Shown: positions 1 through 15,800 of the stretch, one piece after another | Position numbering within the stretch: the first letter of the stretch is position 1 | Layout of the letters: each line of letters opens with the position of its first letter | NCBI RefSeq assembly: GCF_001194135.2 | Contig: NC_068986.1 | Coordinates: forward strand, 31,500,875 to 31,564,874 | Direction of reading: 5' to 3' | Length of the DNA stretch: 64,000 bases | Origin: Octopus bimaculoides | Taxonomy: Eukaryota | The notes under the pieces: model-generated | Told to the model about the DNA's origin: nothing | The model's database searches: none | Seen by the model: only the letters and a program-made list of their open reading frames with translations | Translations under genes and position numbers: made by a program

Positions 1-203
1 TAAAAGCGACCAACAAAATAAGTCCCAGACTTGAAAAATACTGGGGTCAATTTATTCAACTAAACTCTTGAAGGTGGTCCCCAAGTACGACTGCAGTCCA
101 TTGAGTGAAACAAGTAAAAGTCAAAAAAAAAAAAGACAAACTGTGATAAATGCCTAAAACAAAATCTAGTTGAAGGGGAAAAAAATTCTATAAATCAACC
201 TAC

Positions 204-3200
204 CTCCATCTTGTGGTTTGTCCATCGTGGAATTTCAACAACCATATTAAACTCAGTCTTGCTTGTATTTGAATATAAAGGAATATCATGGAATGGTGAA
301 ATGATGCCATTAGGACCACCTGAAGAATAGACAGAAATTTAAGGCTTTGGATTATTAAGTAAAAAATCTCATATAGAAATCACACAAGGTTCAAGCTCGT
401 ATGACTGACACAATTTATAGTGTTGTTACCGTTGTTTAGCTTTAAGCCAATCCTGAACAAGCAGACACTCCAGTCATGACCAACATATCTTTTTTATAAG
501 TGTTATGTTGACCTAATTCAACACAATGTCATCAAACAATATTCTAAAAATGCACAATCACATCATCAAACCATCAAATCTGATTTTTTTTTTTTCGTCG
601 TTTAACGTCTGCTTTCCATGCTAGCATGGGTTGGGCGATTCGACTGAGGACTGGTGGACCAGGTGGCTACACCAGGCTCCAATCTGAATTGGCAGTTTCT
701 ACAGTTGGATGCCCTTCCTAACTCCAACCACTCCGAGATTGTAGTGGGTGCTTTTATGTGCCACCAGCACGAAGGCTAGTCAGGCGGTACTGGCAAAGGC
801 CATGCTCGAAATGGTGTATTTTACGTGCCACCTGCACAGGAGCCAGTCCATCGGCACTGGCAACGATCTCGCTTGAATGTAGAAATATATTTGATGAATT
901 CAAAACAATGTGAATAAATAAGATTTACATTTGACAGAATCTGAATGCTAGATTTGATCTATTTCAACAGGCTATAGAGGATGAAAAGATGTAATTCTGA
1001 AGTGAACTTGGAATTTCAGAATTACTTGAAAATCATGCAAAATTTGGAGAAAAAAAAAAGTGTCATATACTGTAATGTATCACTGGTAACAATTATTACC
1101 GCCCCCTTAGCAAAGGGCAGAAGTGTTGTTTTCAGTCATGTTTGTTCGTTTGTTTGTCCGTGGATAAGATATCTCAAAAACTGCTGGATGGATTCGGATG
1201 ATGTTTGGCCCCATGACTAGCATGAACTGATTAGATTTTGGGATCGATCCAGTACCAGACAAGGATTCTGGATTATTTTTCATGTTTTTTTTTAACTTCA
1301 TTTTTGAGAGTGGTCAGGTTCATTCTTAGTATGAATGTTTGTGAGAGCAGTCAAGTTTATTTCAGATATTGCAAACTAGATTCCTCACTGACTTCTTTGC
1401 TAATGCTCATCTTATTTATTGACAGCATCTCTGTACATGGCTTATAGAGATCTCAAGCCATTCACCTACAAGTTTCCTCAGCAACCACCAGACTACAGAG
1501 CATGTTGCCTAACCAAAGTCCTCTCGTAGCTGGTTCTAAGCTAAGAACTTTTGTAGCAATGTCACAGGGAAGAGGCATTAATGGTGCCCTGTTCTAACAC
1601 AAACTCAAAAACTGCACTGCATCAAAGCTAATTTTCTTTGTAATGTCTAACTTATTCTTATACCTTAGATTTGATACCATGGTGTTTGTTAGATCATCTC
1701 TTTTGCCACAGTTGGTGATACTTCTCAAACAATCATTAGGTATGTCGTCTCCCTGTACTATCTGTTTAACTGTCCTAATTCAACCAGATATTTTTAGCAT
1801 TTTAACAACTATCCATCCATGACGATCCAGTTGCTTTCCACAACTTCATATTAATTGCCCTTTAGATTGTACAGCTGTCAAAATCAAGAACTGGTCCTTG
1901 TGTTAAGTCTACTCATGGTAGTCTCTCCCTCCCTCCCTCTAGCAACCTTTCATAAGTAGCATTTAAACTATTTCTTTCAATGTTGATGTCAGCAAATGTA
2001 CTGTTTTTCTATAAACACTTTTCTCAGAAAAATACTTCATGAGATTAGTAATGAATACTAAAATTTTAAAATAACCTCTTAATAAGTAAGGATTAATGTA
2101 GGCCTTCTGAAGAAGATCAATAAGTAGCAAATTTTATTTTTTGGTTCAATATCTGCTTATTTTCTCACATTTTTATAAAGTTCATCTTGAGTCATCATCC
2201 AAGATGGCTTGGACCAACTGAAAAATTGTCATTATTTAAAGTAATTATCCAAAGTATGACTTCATGTGATTGTATTTATTTTAAGAATTAATAAACTAAG
2301 GCAAGGCCAATAATATATAATAATATCCAAAATATATTAACAAATAAGAGAGCAATTTAACTGACAGACCAAGAGAACAAAAGTCCACAGGTAATCTATA
2401 TGGTACACTAAAAGTTACTTCCTTATAGATAAGGACAAATTGATTATGATGGCGTATGAATCCACTCAAATCAAGGCTACAAAAGCTGATATACAATCAG
2501 TTAAGAAAAAGGTGAAAAATCTCAAGATAAATACCATTTTATATCAGGCTTTAAAGTCTGATGTAGACATACTGATGTATATTATGAGTACAAGGTCATG
2601 AGAAATACCATTAATAGAACTGTTTCAGACAAAGCATATGTACTTCTACTTGTGTCAGTCTGCATTACTAATAAGAGGTACCATCCTTATCACATAGAAA
2701 AGTTAGGTTTAAGAAGGTATAAGTTTTTTAAAATGATTTTACAAAAATCACATGTTCCGACAACAAATGCTTAAATTAGTAAAAACCAGGTCGTACCTGC
2801 CATTCACAAGTACATATAACTCTGTGATATAATTGTTTTTAGGTGCCTATGGTGATATAATTGTTTTAGGTGCCGATGTACTTGCAAACGGACAGATGAG
2901 AGGTATTAGTGTGTTGGTACTCATTTTCAGCTGAATGTACTGGAGCAACACAAAATAAAGTGACCTTGCTAAAGAAAAAGCACTGCCTGGTCTGGGAATT
3001 GAACCCATGACTTTATGACTGTAAGCCCAACACCTTAGCCACTAAGCCATGCACCTTCATAATCCTAAACTACAAAGAAAATGCTCACAAGGTTCTCAAG
3101 ACCATATTTCTATTGAAAATGGATGGCCTGTGAGTTCCAATTAATTTTGAAAACAAATCAAGAATTCTGACAAATTTATTAAAGTAATTTTTGCATTGAT

Positions 3201-6200
3201 TTGATTGATATTTGGAACATTATCCTCACCATTTTTAAATCTGCTTTTTCCATGGTAACATGGATTCTTGAGGCTAGATGCCACCCTTCCTGACATCACT
3301 ATTCCACATATCAAACTGGAATACATTGTTTATGTGGAACATAAGCATCACCACAACCCAAGCAGTATCAATATGGAGACATGCAGAGAAACAAACACAA
3401 ACAGGTTTCCATACAGTTTCCACTTTAAATATTACTTTCATTAATTTTGAAAATAATCAAGAACTTTGTAGGGTTTAGTAAAATCCCTTTTATACTGAGC
3501 TGTTTGGTACATTAAAAGGTTCTTAAATAAAATTAAGAAGACGGGTATATTAATTCAAATATGAATGCTTAACCCTTCAGCATTCAGATTATTCTGTCAA
3601 ATGTAACGTTTATTTATTCACATTGTTTTGAAGTAATCTGTCATTGCTTAATTTTAGAATGACATTGCAGGATAGGTTAGAGAGGCTGGATCAGGGCAGT
3701 TTTAACATAAAACAAGTAGAATATTTCAGCTGGATATGGCTGTTTAAATGCTTACAGGTTAAATAAAGAGGGTTTGTATTAATAGAACTAGAAGGATATT
3801 GTTCTCCAAAGCTGCAAGAACTTCATAAATAAACAAAAACATTAAATATGTGAATCTTATGCATTGATTTCCTCAAAATCCTTTCATTTCTAATTCAAAT
3901 TCTTAATCCTGCCTCATTATATGAAGAAATGATTATCTCCCATGTTAGAACAGTCATCACTTGGGAAATCATGTGGAAAAAAAAAAGAAAGAAAGAAATG
4001 CCATTCTAGAGAACTGGATTGGCAGAACTGTCAGAGGGTGGGGTAAAACTCCTTGCAGTATCATTTTGGCATAATTTCCATTCTGAGATATAGGGCAGGT
4101 GTAAGTGGTCGGATCTGGTCAGTTTGAACTGAAATAGGCAGAATATTTGGACCAAATAGAGCCGGTTTGAACGGTAAAGGGTTAATTAAAACAGATTAGA
4201 ATTTGAACTTAGAAACAGTTGCTTGAACCATAAGAAATAGCAAAATTTCTTTCAAATTATAACACTTAAAATAAAGAATTCATTGAGCAGGTAGCCCCTG
4301 GGGAAAAAAAAAGGGATGGACAGTCATTGCTTGCTGGACTGTCTGATTATAAAGTCACTTAATCCAGGTTAATCCCAGGTCAAACAATAACTTGTTTATA
4401 TACCACACCAACTGTGTTTTGATATAAAAGATATTATATATTGGGGGAGGAGAGAAAAAAATTTACGTTATACAAATATAAAAATCGGAAGAAGTTCAAA
4501 AGTTTACCATATTCTAGACTTTGAAATACTCTTGTTTCACTGTCCCCACCCCCCTCTCACTTTTTTTTGTCTCCTTACAAATCAAAAGACTGACAAGTAA
4601 ATAAACCATATTGAATAAACAAGTGGTAACTTAGCCTGCTAGAAACAGTAGCAAAATATCTCAAGGCACACTATAACAAAAGAAAAAACAATGTTAACCC
4701 TTTAGTGTTCAAACCGGCCAAAATTAATTCTCCTTTATTTGTTCAAACTAGCCAAAGCTGGCCATATCTGACTCCTCTACGAAATCGCTAAAAAAATAAA
4801 ATCACTTTATTGAATTCTCGTAGCTTTGAGATAATGCAAAATGAAGCCTTTCCCGCCTTTATTCAAGAATAAATACTGTGAAACTGTTTAGACCACATTG
4901 TTTTTTTTTTCAACATTTATGTGTTTCCATGTTCTTTTGTTGCTGTTGATTACAGTATTGGAAGTGAGATGAAACCAGGATAGGCTATAAGGGCAGAGTA
5001 CATTTTCGGCAGTGCATGCCTGCCAAACCCACTAAATGGGGATCAAGGTATGGGAAGCTTGTGAATCAGACACTGGATATTGTTGAGGCTCCGGCAGTGG
5101 GGGTGGCGACCTCTGTTGTACTCTTTTGCTCTAACTTTCTCTCACTCTTTCTTGAGTAACGCTGCGATGAACTGGCGTCCCGTCCAGCTGGGGGGAACAC
5201 ATACACCATAGAAACCGGGAAACTGGGCCCATAATAAATAAATATATATATATATATATAAAACTGGAAGATTATTGTATGAACATCTTTGATCATAGGC
5301 TAACTCAATAAGATTGAGTTGGACACTTGAGTTTTTTTTTCTTTCTCATATGTTCACATAACACACTTAGGAACTAGACACGATTGCAATGAGATTACAA
5401 ATCAGAGATAATCTTCACATTAAGGACCTTGTTTAACCTTTTTGTTACCATATTTCTGTTGATATACACTGCCTCCCTTTTAATTAATTTTGAAAAATGT
5501 GCAGGATTTATTAAAAATCATTAAACTTTGTGCTTAGAACTTAAATTTACATAAAATTTTGATGGAAGATTTTAATTTAAATCTCTTTAAAACAAAAAGT
5601 ATATACCATAGAACTAGGGACGGTCTCAAATGGGTTGCTATTAAAAGGGTTAAGCGATAAAGACTTTCTCTCCCCGTTATCTACATGCACACACACAATC
5701 ATCAAGGATGAATCTGACAAAACAAATTATCTCAAAGACAAACCAGCTGTCTTTGCCCACAGAAACAATTTCACTGTTATTAGTTGTTTGGTGCCATTTC
5801 AACCCTGATCAAACTTAGCATTTCAAATTTAAGATGGTCACAGTTGCAATGCAAGATTTCATTAATCAGTGTACCTTCTGTAGAATGTGCTACAGAGAAA
5901 ATTCAGCTACGATTTCTGACAGGCAAGTGAGCACTTGAAATGTCCATTAGCTTGTGTCATTATCTAAAGATAACGATACAAGCTAATGATGGAACCTTTC
6001 ACATATTCTTTGTTCTGGACCTTTCACGTATTCTATGTTCTGAATACTAATCTACCTCAGCTAGCAGGATGTAATCATGGAGACATACTAACTAGTGACT
6101 TAATCATTATCAAAATTGCACTGGTTTACAATGGCAATAAGGGCGCCTTGACCTCGCCTGATGTATGTCCTCCTGTCCAGGTTTTCCGTTTCAAAACACT

Positions 6201-9200
6201 AACCTACGACCACTCAAGATAAACTGTACTAAGTTCACTCAGTTATCTTGTTTCCCCTCCACCCAATGTCTGAGAAGGCCAGAGAAGTTTATTGACAGTA
6301 TCTTCCCCCCCCCCCCTTAAACAGATTATATAATAGACAGAAATACACAAACACACAGACAGGCAGATAAAGTAAGATAAAAGAAACGCAAAGTGTAAGC
6401 ATGCATGCACATATATACGAGAAGAGAAAAAGACACACAAAGGAAGAGAAAAGAGAGAGACCAAGACTAACAGTGCCCAGTTCAATACCATCACTTGGTC
6501 TTTGAGTACTTTTAGTAGAAAGTCCACTCTCAGTTCCCTCCAAGTTTTTCTTACAGACACCAAGGTTGAATATCAAGTACATCAATCTGGGACAGCCTGC
6601 AAGAAATTTAGGACGCTTCCCCCTCTTAGCCAACAAATTAAGTAAACATGTTTTAAACCCCACCTTTCAAATGATGTTATGCTTCATGGAGTGGAATAAA
6701 ACAGGATATTTTTTTTTGTTTTATTTTTTATTTAACTATCTAGGGAAAAGTGACAATTGCCTCGACTGAGTAGGGAGAGTATACAGGATATAGCCAAGAA
6801 TATTTTGACAAGATCTATTTACACAACAAATAAACCAACATCATTCAGATCAGAATGCAAATACACAAATAACAAGACAACATACTACATAACTCACATT
6901 ACTTTGTCTCTCACAAGAACGTCTTTCATCATACAAACAATTACCACTCAAACATTTACACATCCGACATAAATAACTCAGCAACAAGGTATTTACTTTC
7001 GCCCGTCCCTCCATAGTACCCTTTATCATAAATATTTGATATCCATTTTCTCATGCTTGCATGAATTAGAATTTGTTGAGGCAGATTTTCTACAGCAGGA
7101 TGCTCTTCCAGTCACCAACTTATATACTTCCAAGCAATATTTCCTATGACCAGATGTTTTTTTCTTTTTGTTTTTACAGAAGACTGGAAATGAACAACTT
7201 CACTTGTACGAGTGATGACATCATGTGATTGTAAATAAGCAAGACTAGGTTTCTTCTAGTTTCTGTCTACCAAGTCCTCTCACAAGGCTTTGGTAGACCT
7301 GGGGCTATAGAAGATATTTGCTCAAGGTTCCACACAGTGAGACTGAACCCAAGACCGCATGGTTGGGAAGCAAGCTTCTTAACCACATATCCACGCTTAC
7401 ACTTTTAGCAAAAATTAAAATATTTTGCTATACTTTGTGCATAAAGTCAAAGAAAAATCAATTTGAAAATCCATTTTTAACCAATAAATATAAAAGCAGT
7501 TAATATCAACAGTTAATTTTTTTTTTTCAATGAAGCGTAGCTAACTATGAGAAACAGGATATATAATTTTATCTTCATAGTACACTTGAGAAACAGGAGC
7601 GTCGTACTATGTGGGATTTTAAAAACATTTCTTTAAACTATCATTTTACATCTGCTTTCCATTCTGGCATGGGTCAGACAGGCTATCAAAGTACAGATCT
7701 TTCAAAGTTACAATTGTAGCATAACTATTATTTTCATGGCACACCTTGAGAACTTCATGTTTTAGGAAATATCTTTCAATATTTAAAATGTTGCTTTGAT
7801 ATTTTACAGTGTTGGCCTTTTTTTTTTTTTTTTTTTTTTTTTGTAAAAAAAATAATTCATGGTTTTCACAAAACACCTGAGAAATATAAGCAAGTTTTGT
7901 ACCATATCTTTTACAGAGCGAAAATATTTTATTTTTGTAGCATACCTGAGTAATGTGAGCTTAATGTTTCATGGCAGATTCTTTTGTTAATACATTGCAG
8001 CATGTAGTTTTAAAACCACTCTTTTCCAGACAAAGCAGTCAGTATTGATTTCTGGAGGTGAGAGTCTACATGGCTATCCAAAGGGTTGATAAATATCCAA
8101 GTTGATTTTGAGCATTAAGGATGTGGAATTCATCATTTAACATGTTTTAAATGCTGGCATGGGTTAGACTGGAGCTATTAAACCAGAGGGCTGCACCAGG
8201 CTCCAGTCTTCTGTTTTGGCATGGATTCTATGGCTGGATGCCATTCCCAATGCCAACCACTTTACAGAGTGTACTAAGTGCTTTTACATGTCACCAGCAC
8301 TAGCAATGGTGATTCACTTAGATTGATGGGTCTTCTCATGCACAGCAAATTGTCAAAAGTCTCAGTCACTTGTCATTGCTTCTGTGAAGCTCAGCAACCA
8401 AAGATCATATCTCACCAGCTTGCCCCACATCTTCCTGGGTCTATGAATGAAATTTTTAGGCATAACAAGTCCAAATATTCTGCTGGCTTAATATTTAAAA
8501 CGGCCAAATCTGGACTCACACCTACCCTACAATGTCATTCTAAAATAATCACATTGAAATCTTGAAGTAACAAGATAATGAAGGATTAATTCAAACCAAT
8601 ATGAATAAATAAGAACTATATTTAATAGAGTAATCTGAATAATAATGAGTTAATTATTTCTAATAAGCACAAAAAAAAAAAGCTGTAGTAACCATGCCAG
8701 AACAGGCAATGAAGCCTGGTTTCACCCCCCCCCCCACCAGCTTTATCAGCTCTGGTCAAACTGTCCAACCCATGCCAGCATGGAAAACCGACATTAAATG
8801 ATATTTAAGTTGGAGAAAGATGTGCTATGGTTTTCGCAAACTCTCCCAGATAAGTGAGGTTGATGCAGCTGATACTGCAAAAGTTACAGACATTTACACC
8901 TCTGCAAGACAAAAATATATTTTAAAAAACATGGATGTATTGTGATATTAATGCCTTTCTGGAAGAAAGGAATACAAACTGAGCCTTAATTGGTAAAGAC
9001 TGTTTGTTACCAGTGACTTTTACCAATTTGTACCTTATTAAATCACACATACAAACAAGTCAATGAGAACTTCTACATTGTCTTTACTAGAAACTGCAGC
9101 CAAATTTTCAAGTCATACCCTATTATCATCATTGTTTAACATCCGCTTTCCATGCTAGCATGGGTTGGACGATTCGACTGATGACTGGTGAACCAGATGG

Positions 9201-9662
9201 CTGCACCAGGCTCCAATCTGATTTGGCAGAGTTTCTACAGCTGGATGCCCTTCCTAACGCCAACCACTCCGAGAGTGTAGTGGGTGCTTTTATGTGACAC
9301 AGGCACGAGGGCCAGTCAGGCGTCTTTAAAAAAAAAAAAAAAAAAAAGGCATTGATTATTGTGGTTTTATATATACTGTGTTTGGAACACAAAAGATGGG
9401 ATTGTCACAGGTGGAATACCTTTCAACCATAGGTTTATTTGATAGAGGCAACCTGAGATTAAAGAACAACATACATATTAAATACTACAAAGTTGTAGCT
9501 TTTTATTTATAGTGAAAATTTTAAAATTGACATTTAGCTCTTTGGCTTCAACCATATATTTCATATAAATTTAAAATGGAATTTATGATGGGCTAACAAA
9601 ATTTTAATTTAAAATTTTAGCTGTAAACTGAAAACCATGTCTATACTAAAACAGTTGCAGTG

Positions 9663-9701
<39 letters not shown>

Positions 9702-12700
9702 CTGTTTTCCCTGCTCACATATTCTATGCAAATTTGTCACATTCAGCTGAATCACATTTGACTGTCAATTTTCCCCACTTTGTCTTTAAAAGCTGAAACA
9801 TTTTTTTCACGATTTACATCTACACCATGTTTCAATCAGTTTGATCTTTGTTCATCAAGACAATACAGAAGAGATCTAGAATTTTTTTTTTTAAATGCTT
9901 CATCATTCATGAAGAGGTTAATAGTCCAAAAAATTATAATTAATATTAACAATAACTTAACTCAGATATTTAAAAATTTAATAATACTTGACACATCTCT
10001 CTTCAATGATTGCAAATCTTTAGCATTCCCTTTTCAGATCATGCTACCTATCACAAGCTATTAGCCAACAAAAGAGCTTCTCTGCCCACACCTCCCATAC
10101 GATTCACATGAAAACCTTCACAAACCAGGATACAAATATAAGAACATAAGTTACACTCCATTCTCACACATATTTGCAGATAGTGGTGGGGGAGCAAGAA
10201 AAAAATTATACAACTGCAGTTGCTGGTTTCCTTGTCTTTCAGTTTCAACCCTTTAGCATTCAGATTATTTTGTCAAATGTAATGAATGTTCATTCATTTA
10301 CATTTCAGTCCACTCTGCTGGGTGGTTGGTGTTAGGAAACACATCCAGCTGTAAAAATCCTGCCAAAACAGTCCCAGAAATCTGGTGCAGACTTCTGCTT
10401 GGCTGGCTCCTGTCAAACCGTCCTACCCATGCCAGCATGGAAGGCGAATGTTAAACGACGATTACGATTTTGAATTAATCCTGCATTATCTTGAAGATTC
10501 AAGATTTTGATGATTGACATTGTGGGTCAGGTGTGATTTGCCAGATCTGGCCACCTTGAACACAATACAGGTAGAATATTGGAGCCAGATATAACTACTT
10601 TAAATACCAAAGGGTTAGACTAGTTACTTTAGTTTGATGAGAAACTCAAAATTTCTTCAATGTGCCAAGGAAGGTTTCAAGAAAAGGAGCATAAAATTGA
10701 GAGTTGGCGGGGTGGGTGGGATTATGAAATAAAGTTAATATTTCTAGCTGGTTCGCCCCAGGCCAGTTCCAACAGAGCAAACATACAATTAAAGGCATTT
10801 TTTCCCCTGCCAGTTACAGAGAACCAAACTAACTTTTAAAAGAACCGATACTTGGTGTCCGATTTTGTTTCCTCATAACCTTCTTAAAAATGCACATTTT
10901 TGATGAAATTTCCTAGAAATACATTTTTTCAGATAGCATAGATTACAATTAAATGGGAGAGGGTGGAATTGGAAAAAAAAGAAGAAAAAAAAAATCTTTT
11001 GGAGGATCGTCCACCATCCTGGACACACGACATGCGATTTTGTTAAATGGATTTTTCATAAAAATTTTCTAAATTCTCCATTTTCGATGCTGTAGCTTAT
11101 GATTTCCCCCCCCTCCAAATTTTATCAAGACAGTTGTACTCAACACACTCTGGGAAATTTCATTTTAAAAGTACTTCTGAGGAAACAGGGGGGGAGGGTC
11201 CACTTCTGTACAGAAGTATGCGAGTCTCCGCCACCCCACCCCCGTTTCCTAAGAAATTTTATCACGATAAACGTAAAACATTTCTCTGGAAAATTTCATT
11301 AAAAATAACATTTAATAGTCCGGTACACTTCTATAGTTATGCTGAACTATATTATCCTAATCCTGAAATAAGCAGGTAAAATCACTTAAAAATCATACAC
11401 AATGATATTACAAAAGCAATAGACGACCGAAAAGGAAAGAGTTTGGAGGTGATCTCTTCATTTGCTTGAAATAATAGTTAAATCTCCCTCAAATCATATA
11501 CAACTATCTTTAAGAAGGATACGCAGAGTACGTAGAACTACATTGTCCTATGCCTGAAATCAAGACTGGAATTTGTGAAGACTGGAATGCTGCCGTTGCT
11601 CATATATCAGTTCAATCGAGTCGAACAAGGGTTTACACATTCAAAAGGAATTATACATTTACGACAACCGGAGAATAGACAAAATTATTCGCATCTGAAA
11701 CTCCTTTAATCAAACGTTTGTTCTATCGGAACTGATCCGAGACTTTGAAGTATTAAAGTGTATAAAGAAGCTTGCTTCCCAACCATGTGGTTTTGGGTTC
11801 AGTCCCACTGCACGGTCCCTTAGGCAAGTGTCTTCCACTATAGCTCCAGCCCGACCAAGCTTTGTGAGTGACTCTGGTAGATAGAAACTGAAAGAAGCTA
11901 GTTTTGTGTCTGTAAACAAACCAAAATTGGTTATCAAGCGGTGGTTGGTACAAACACAGATACATATATATATGTGTATATGTTCGTTTGTTTAATCCCT
12001 GAATCTTAGTGAAAAGAGACTGATGGAATAAGTAACTGGCTTAAAAATAAGGGTAAATTTTCAGATTAACACCCGCACGATTTTCACTAGGGTTAGGGTC
12101 AGGGACGGAATTCCCTAACCCTAAAACCTTAACACCCTAGTGAAAATCGTGCGGGTGTTAATCTGAAAATTTACCAAAATAAGTACTGGGATCGATATGT
12201 TCGACTAATCCTTTCAAGGTGGTGCCCTAGCATGGTTGCAGAACAAAAACATTTTAAGCTCCTGTCCGTAAAACACAGAACTCTCGAGATTCTTATGAAA
12301 CGAAGACAACATTAAACGGGAGACTGTAGTTAACCCACTTGTTCTTACTACCACCACCTGCAAATGTGTGGCCTTTGCGCCGAAATAGAAACATCAGTAT
12401 TTGAACAGAATTATAACACAAAAAACTAAATGTAACAGAAAGCGAAAAACTTCAGAATAGTCATTACAATAATAACCCAAACCGGTGCAGAGAAGATAAA
12501 ACTTCAGAACCGGGAATTCTTTAACGTATAAAACATTCTTTCTAGACAGCCTAAGCACATGGTTTGCTTCTTTAGAAATTCCATTCAAATCTTTCTTCAA
12601 TGCTCCACACAAATGCTAAAGCAGCACGGTCCCGAACGCGCAGCCGCGTGTCCGCGCCAGCCAGTCTTGAGTGGTCGATCCTAACCCCAACCCTAAACAC

Positions 12701-12811
12701 GTATTCATTTGCACACGCGGGTTAGGGTTAGGGATAGGGACAGGGTTAGGGCTAGAATCGACCACTCACGACTAGCTAGCGCGGACGCGCGACCGTACGG
12801 CTTTAGTAGTA

Positions 12812-12849
<38 letters not shown>

Positions 12850-15800
12850 CATATATAAAAGGATAAGCATATTAAAAGGGGCCTGTGGGGGAAAACTCAT
12901 TTAAATAAAAGGGTTGGAAACCAGTGCTCTACACTAACCCAGTTTAACTCCCTAATTGTCAGGTAAGAGAGGGTCGGCATACTCAACTGTATTCCATGAG
13001 ACCGCAAGTTTCAATTACGTATTTATACTACTTTGTAGGTACAGTGTGGTCGAATGATTAAGAAGTTCTCTTCGCCAACCTAGAGATCTGATTTCGATGC
13101 AAGTGCGTGGCATCAAAGACAAATGTCTTTATAGCCCCAGGACGACCTATACTTTGCGAGAAATTGGGGAGACGGAAACTACATAAAAGTCTATTGGGTG
13201 GTTGTACGTGTAATTCAAAAGGTACAGCCTTGTCACACTTAATTCTGCCTGAGAATTATGTTAAGGGTACAACATGCTTGTGGAATGCTCGCTCACTTAC
13301 ACGGTATGTCAGAAGTGGGTTATTCAGTTGATCAAACAAACTGAATCTCCATACATGTGTATTGCATTAATATTATGTATGCTATTCAAGCATGCGCTGT
13401 ATGTCTGAAAATTTTTTTGACGACAGAATATGGACACAATGAGAGCGTGATTTTTACCCAATTTCTATCATATGCATAATATACAAATACAAAAATGTTA
13501 CCCAGTACTTCAAATCGATTTGATACAGTTAAAAGCACAAGTGCTCGTTGGACCGCGTCCACAATACGGTTAAACTTGCTAATGCTCTTGGGAAAGACTT
13601 AGCCGTCCTTTGTATAAGGCCTGATGCCACGTAATATCGAAACATTCTAATTACAGAAATTATTTGTTTAAAAAATATTTTCTAGTTGATGTATACACAT
13701 ACAAATGTTAGATAAGTTAGTTCAAGGAAATCTTTTTAAACAATAGGAAGATATAGATTAGATTAAGAGACCATGATTAAAACGTCAATTGTTTCTTTCC
13801 TCAGTGATGCCAGCGTGTGTGTGTGTGTGTGTGTGTTTTATATAAGTGCTTAAACACGTGGAGTGTGTAAAATCCATTACACACACACACACACACAGGG
13901 TGTGTGTGTGTGTGTTGAGAGCAGGGTAACTTAAATGTTTAAAACGTCTACCATAGTTTCACGAAGGTATCCGTGTGAGTATTAGTGGCGCTAGGTGAAT
14001 GTGAATTACCCTTGTATCTAATTGGTTTAGATCTACTGGGACTACATTGTCAGGTGTGTCTTTCGAGACGATAGTAGGGAAAATTTGAGCACCTTTGCTG
14101 CTGACAAATGAGGAAACCGTTGATAAGTGAAGTATTCAGTTCTAATGCTACTAGCGGTGATGCTAAGCATAACCCATGCTAGTGCTTTTCGTTTTTTAGC
14201 CCCCAAGTCAACCTTACTCCCGCAGACCTACGATCTTAAGGGGGCCTAGCCATGACCCTCCTGTCTTAATTAGAACTTTAATAGGATTGCATCATCTAAT
14301 TAATTAGGTAATTAATCTAATTAATCAGAAGGTAAGGTGCAGATTGTGAAAGATAAGGACTATTTCTAGCGGGTCGAATGACCGGCATAACTACAGGGTT
14401 TTACCCCCCAGACTTTGGGAGGTCATAACTTTCAGAAAAATGAATATTTTTTAATGAAATTTTCTATGACCTAGTGGCATAACTACAGGGTTTAAAACCC
14501 TGTAGTTATGCCCTAGTAAATACTGTATGTATAGAAAATTTCATTAAAAAATATTCATTTTTCTGAAAGTTATGACCTCCCAAAGTCTGGGGAGTAAAAC
14601 CCTGTAGTTATGCCGAGTGACCAACCACGTAGAAAGCTCCGTGTTGGCAAACTGTAGTTGTACAGTAGATGATAAAACTGCAGGCCAAGTTGAAAGAGCA
14701 ACTCTTTTGGTTGTGGTTGTTTCACAATACTTAAGATAGATTATTCAGAAACAAAAAAGAAAATAAATCGCTGGAAGCAAGGTAACTGAAGACATTTAAA
14801 TGGCAAGCAAAACCGGTCGTTTTGGAATAACTGTCCCATAGAAAAGGTAAATGTATGAAATGGGAAGATGTAAAAAAAAAAAAAAAAAATTAACCTTAAA
14901 AAGGGAAACGTAATTTTCGTTGAATACAAAGATAGTCAAATTCGGTCAAAGCACATGAAAAATCATAGGAAGATCAATTTTCACCGTCAAAGTGAAACGG
15001 ATGTAATAGTAAAAATCTACCAAACTTTTTTCCTTTCCCATAAGATATGGGACTTCGAGGAATATTTATTCCAAAATTCCGTCCCAAAATCATCCCGATT
15101 ACTTGCAAAAGCACAAGCATTTTGGATATGCGTCAACGTAACACATTTTCATCAATCCGTTTTTCAGGGGACGAATCACATTTAAATCCTAAAAGGTTTA
15201 GTTTTTTGCTGGTTTTGTTTTCACGAGTTTCAGTGCTAAGAGTTGACTACGCCAGGATTTGAACTCAGAAATGCAAGAGAATAAGAGCACTTGCAGTTCC
15301 TCATTATTCACTGTAGAGCCGGCACAACAGAACTACCAATTCTCATAACGACAATAATAGGAATATGCCACTGATAAGACGGTAGATCCAAATATTGAGA
15401 GGAGAAATACGAAATCAGACACGTGCAGTGAAACCCAGTTCTAAAGCAGCAGTTTTTGCCGGCTACCGTTAAGTTATGCCATCCTTTGCTGTCTAAATTG
15501 ATATACGACCTTTATCTTATTACTTTTCAGAATACCTCAGAAATGGACATAGTCAACCGAAATTAAAATTAGATCTAGAATTCGCAATTTTACTTCAAAT
15601 AAATAGGCAAATGAACAACTAATATATATAACAGTTGGATTAAATGATAGAAGGAAACTAAGTGACTTGGTAAAAAGTCGAACAAAAATAAAAGGTTATA
15701 TGATATATGAAAATGAACTGTAATTAAGTATACGAAATGAAATTAATTATTACTATTTAATTATTATTATCATTACTAAACAGTAAGATTGAAGTAAAAG

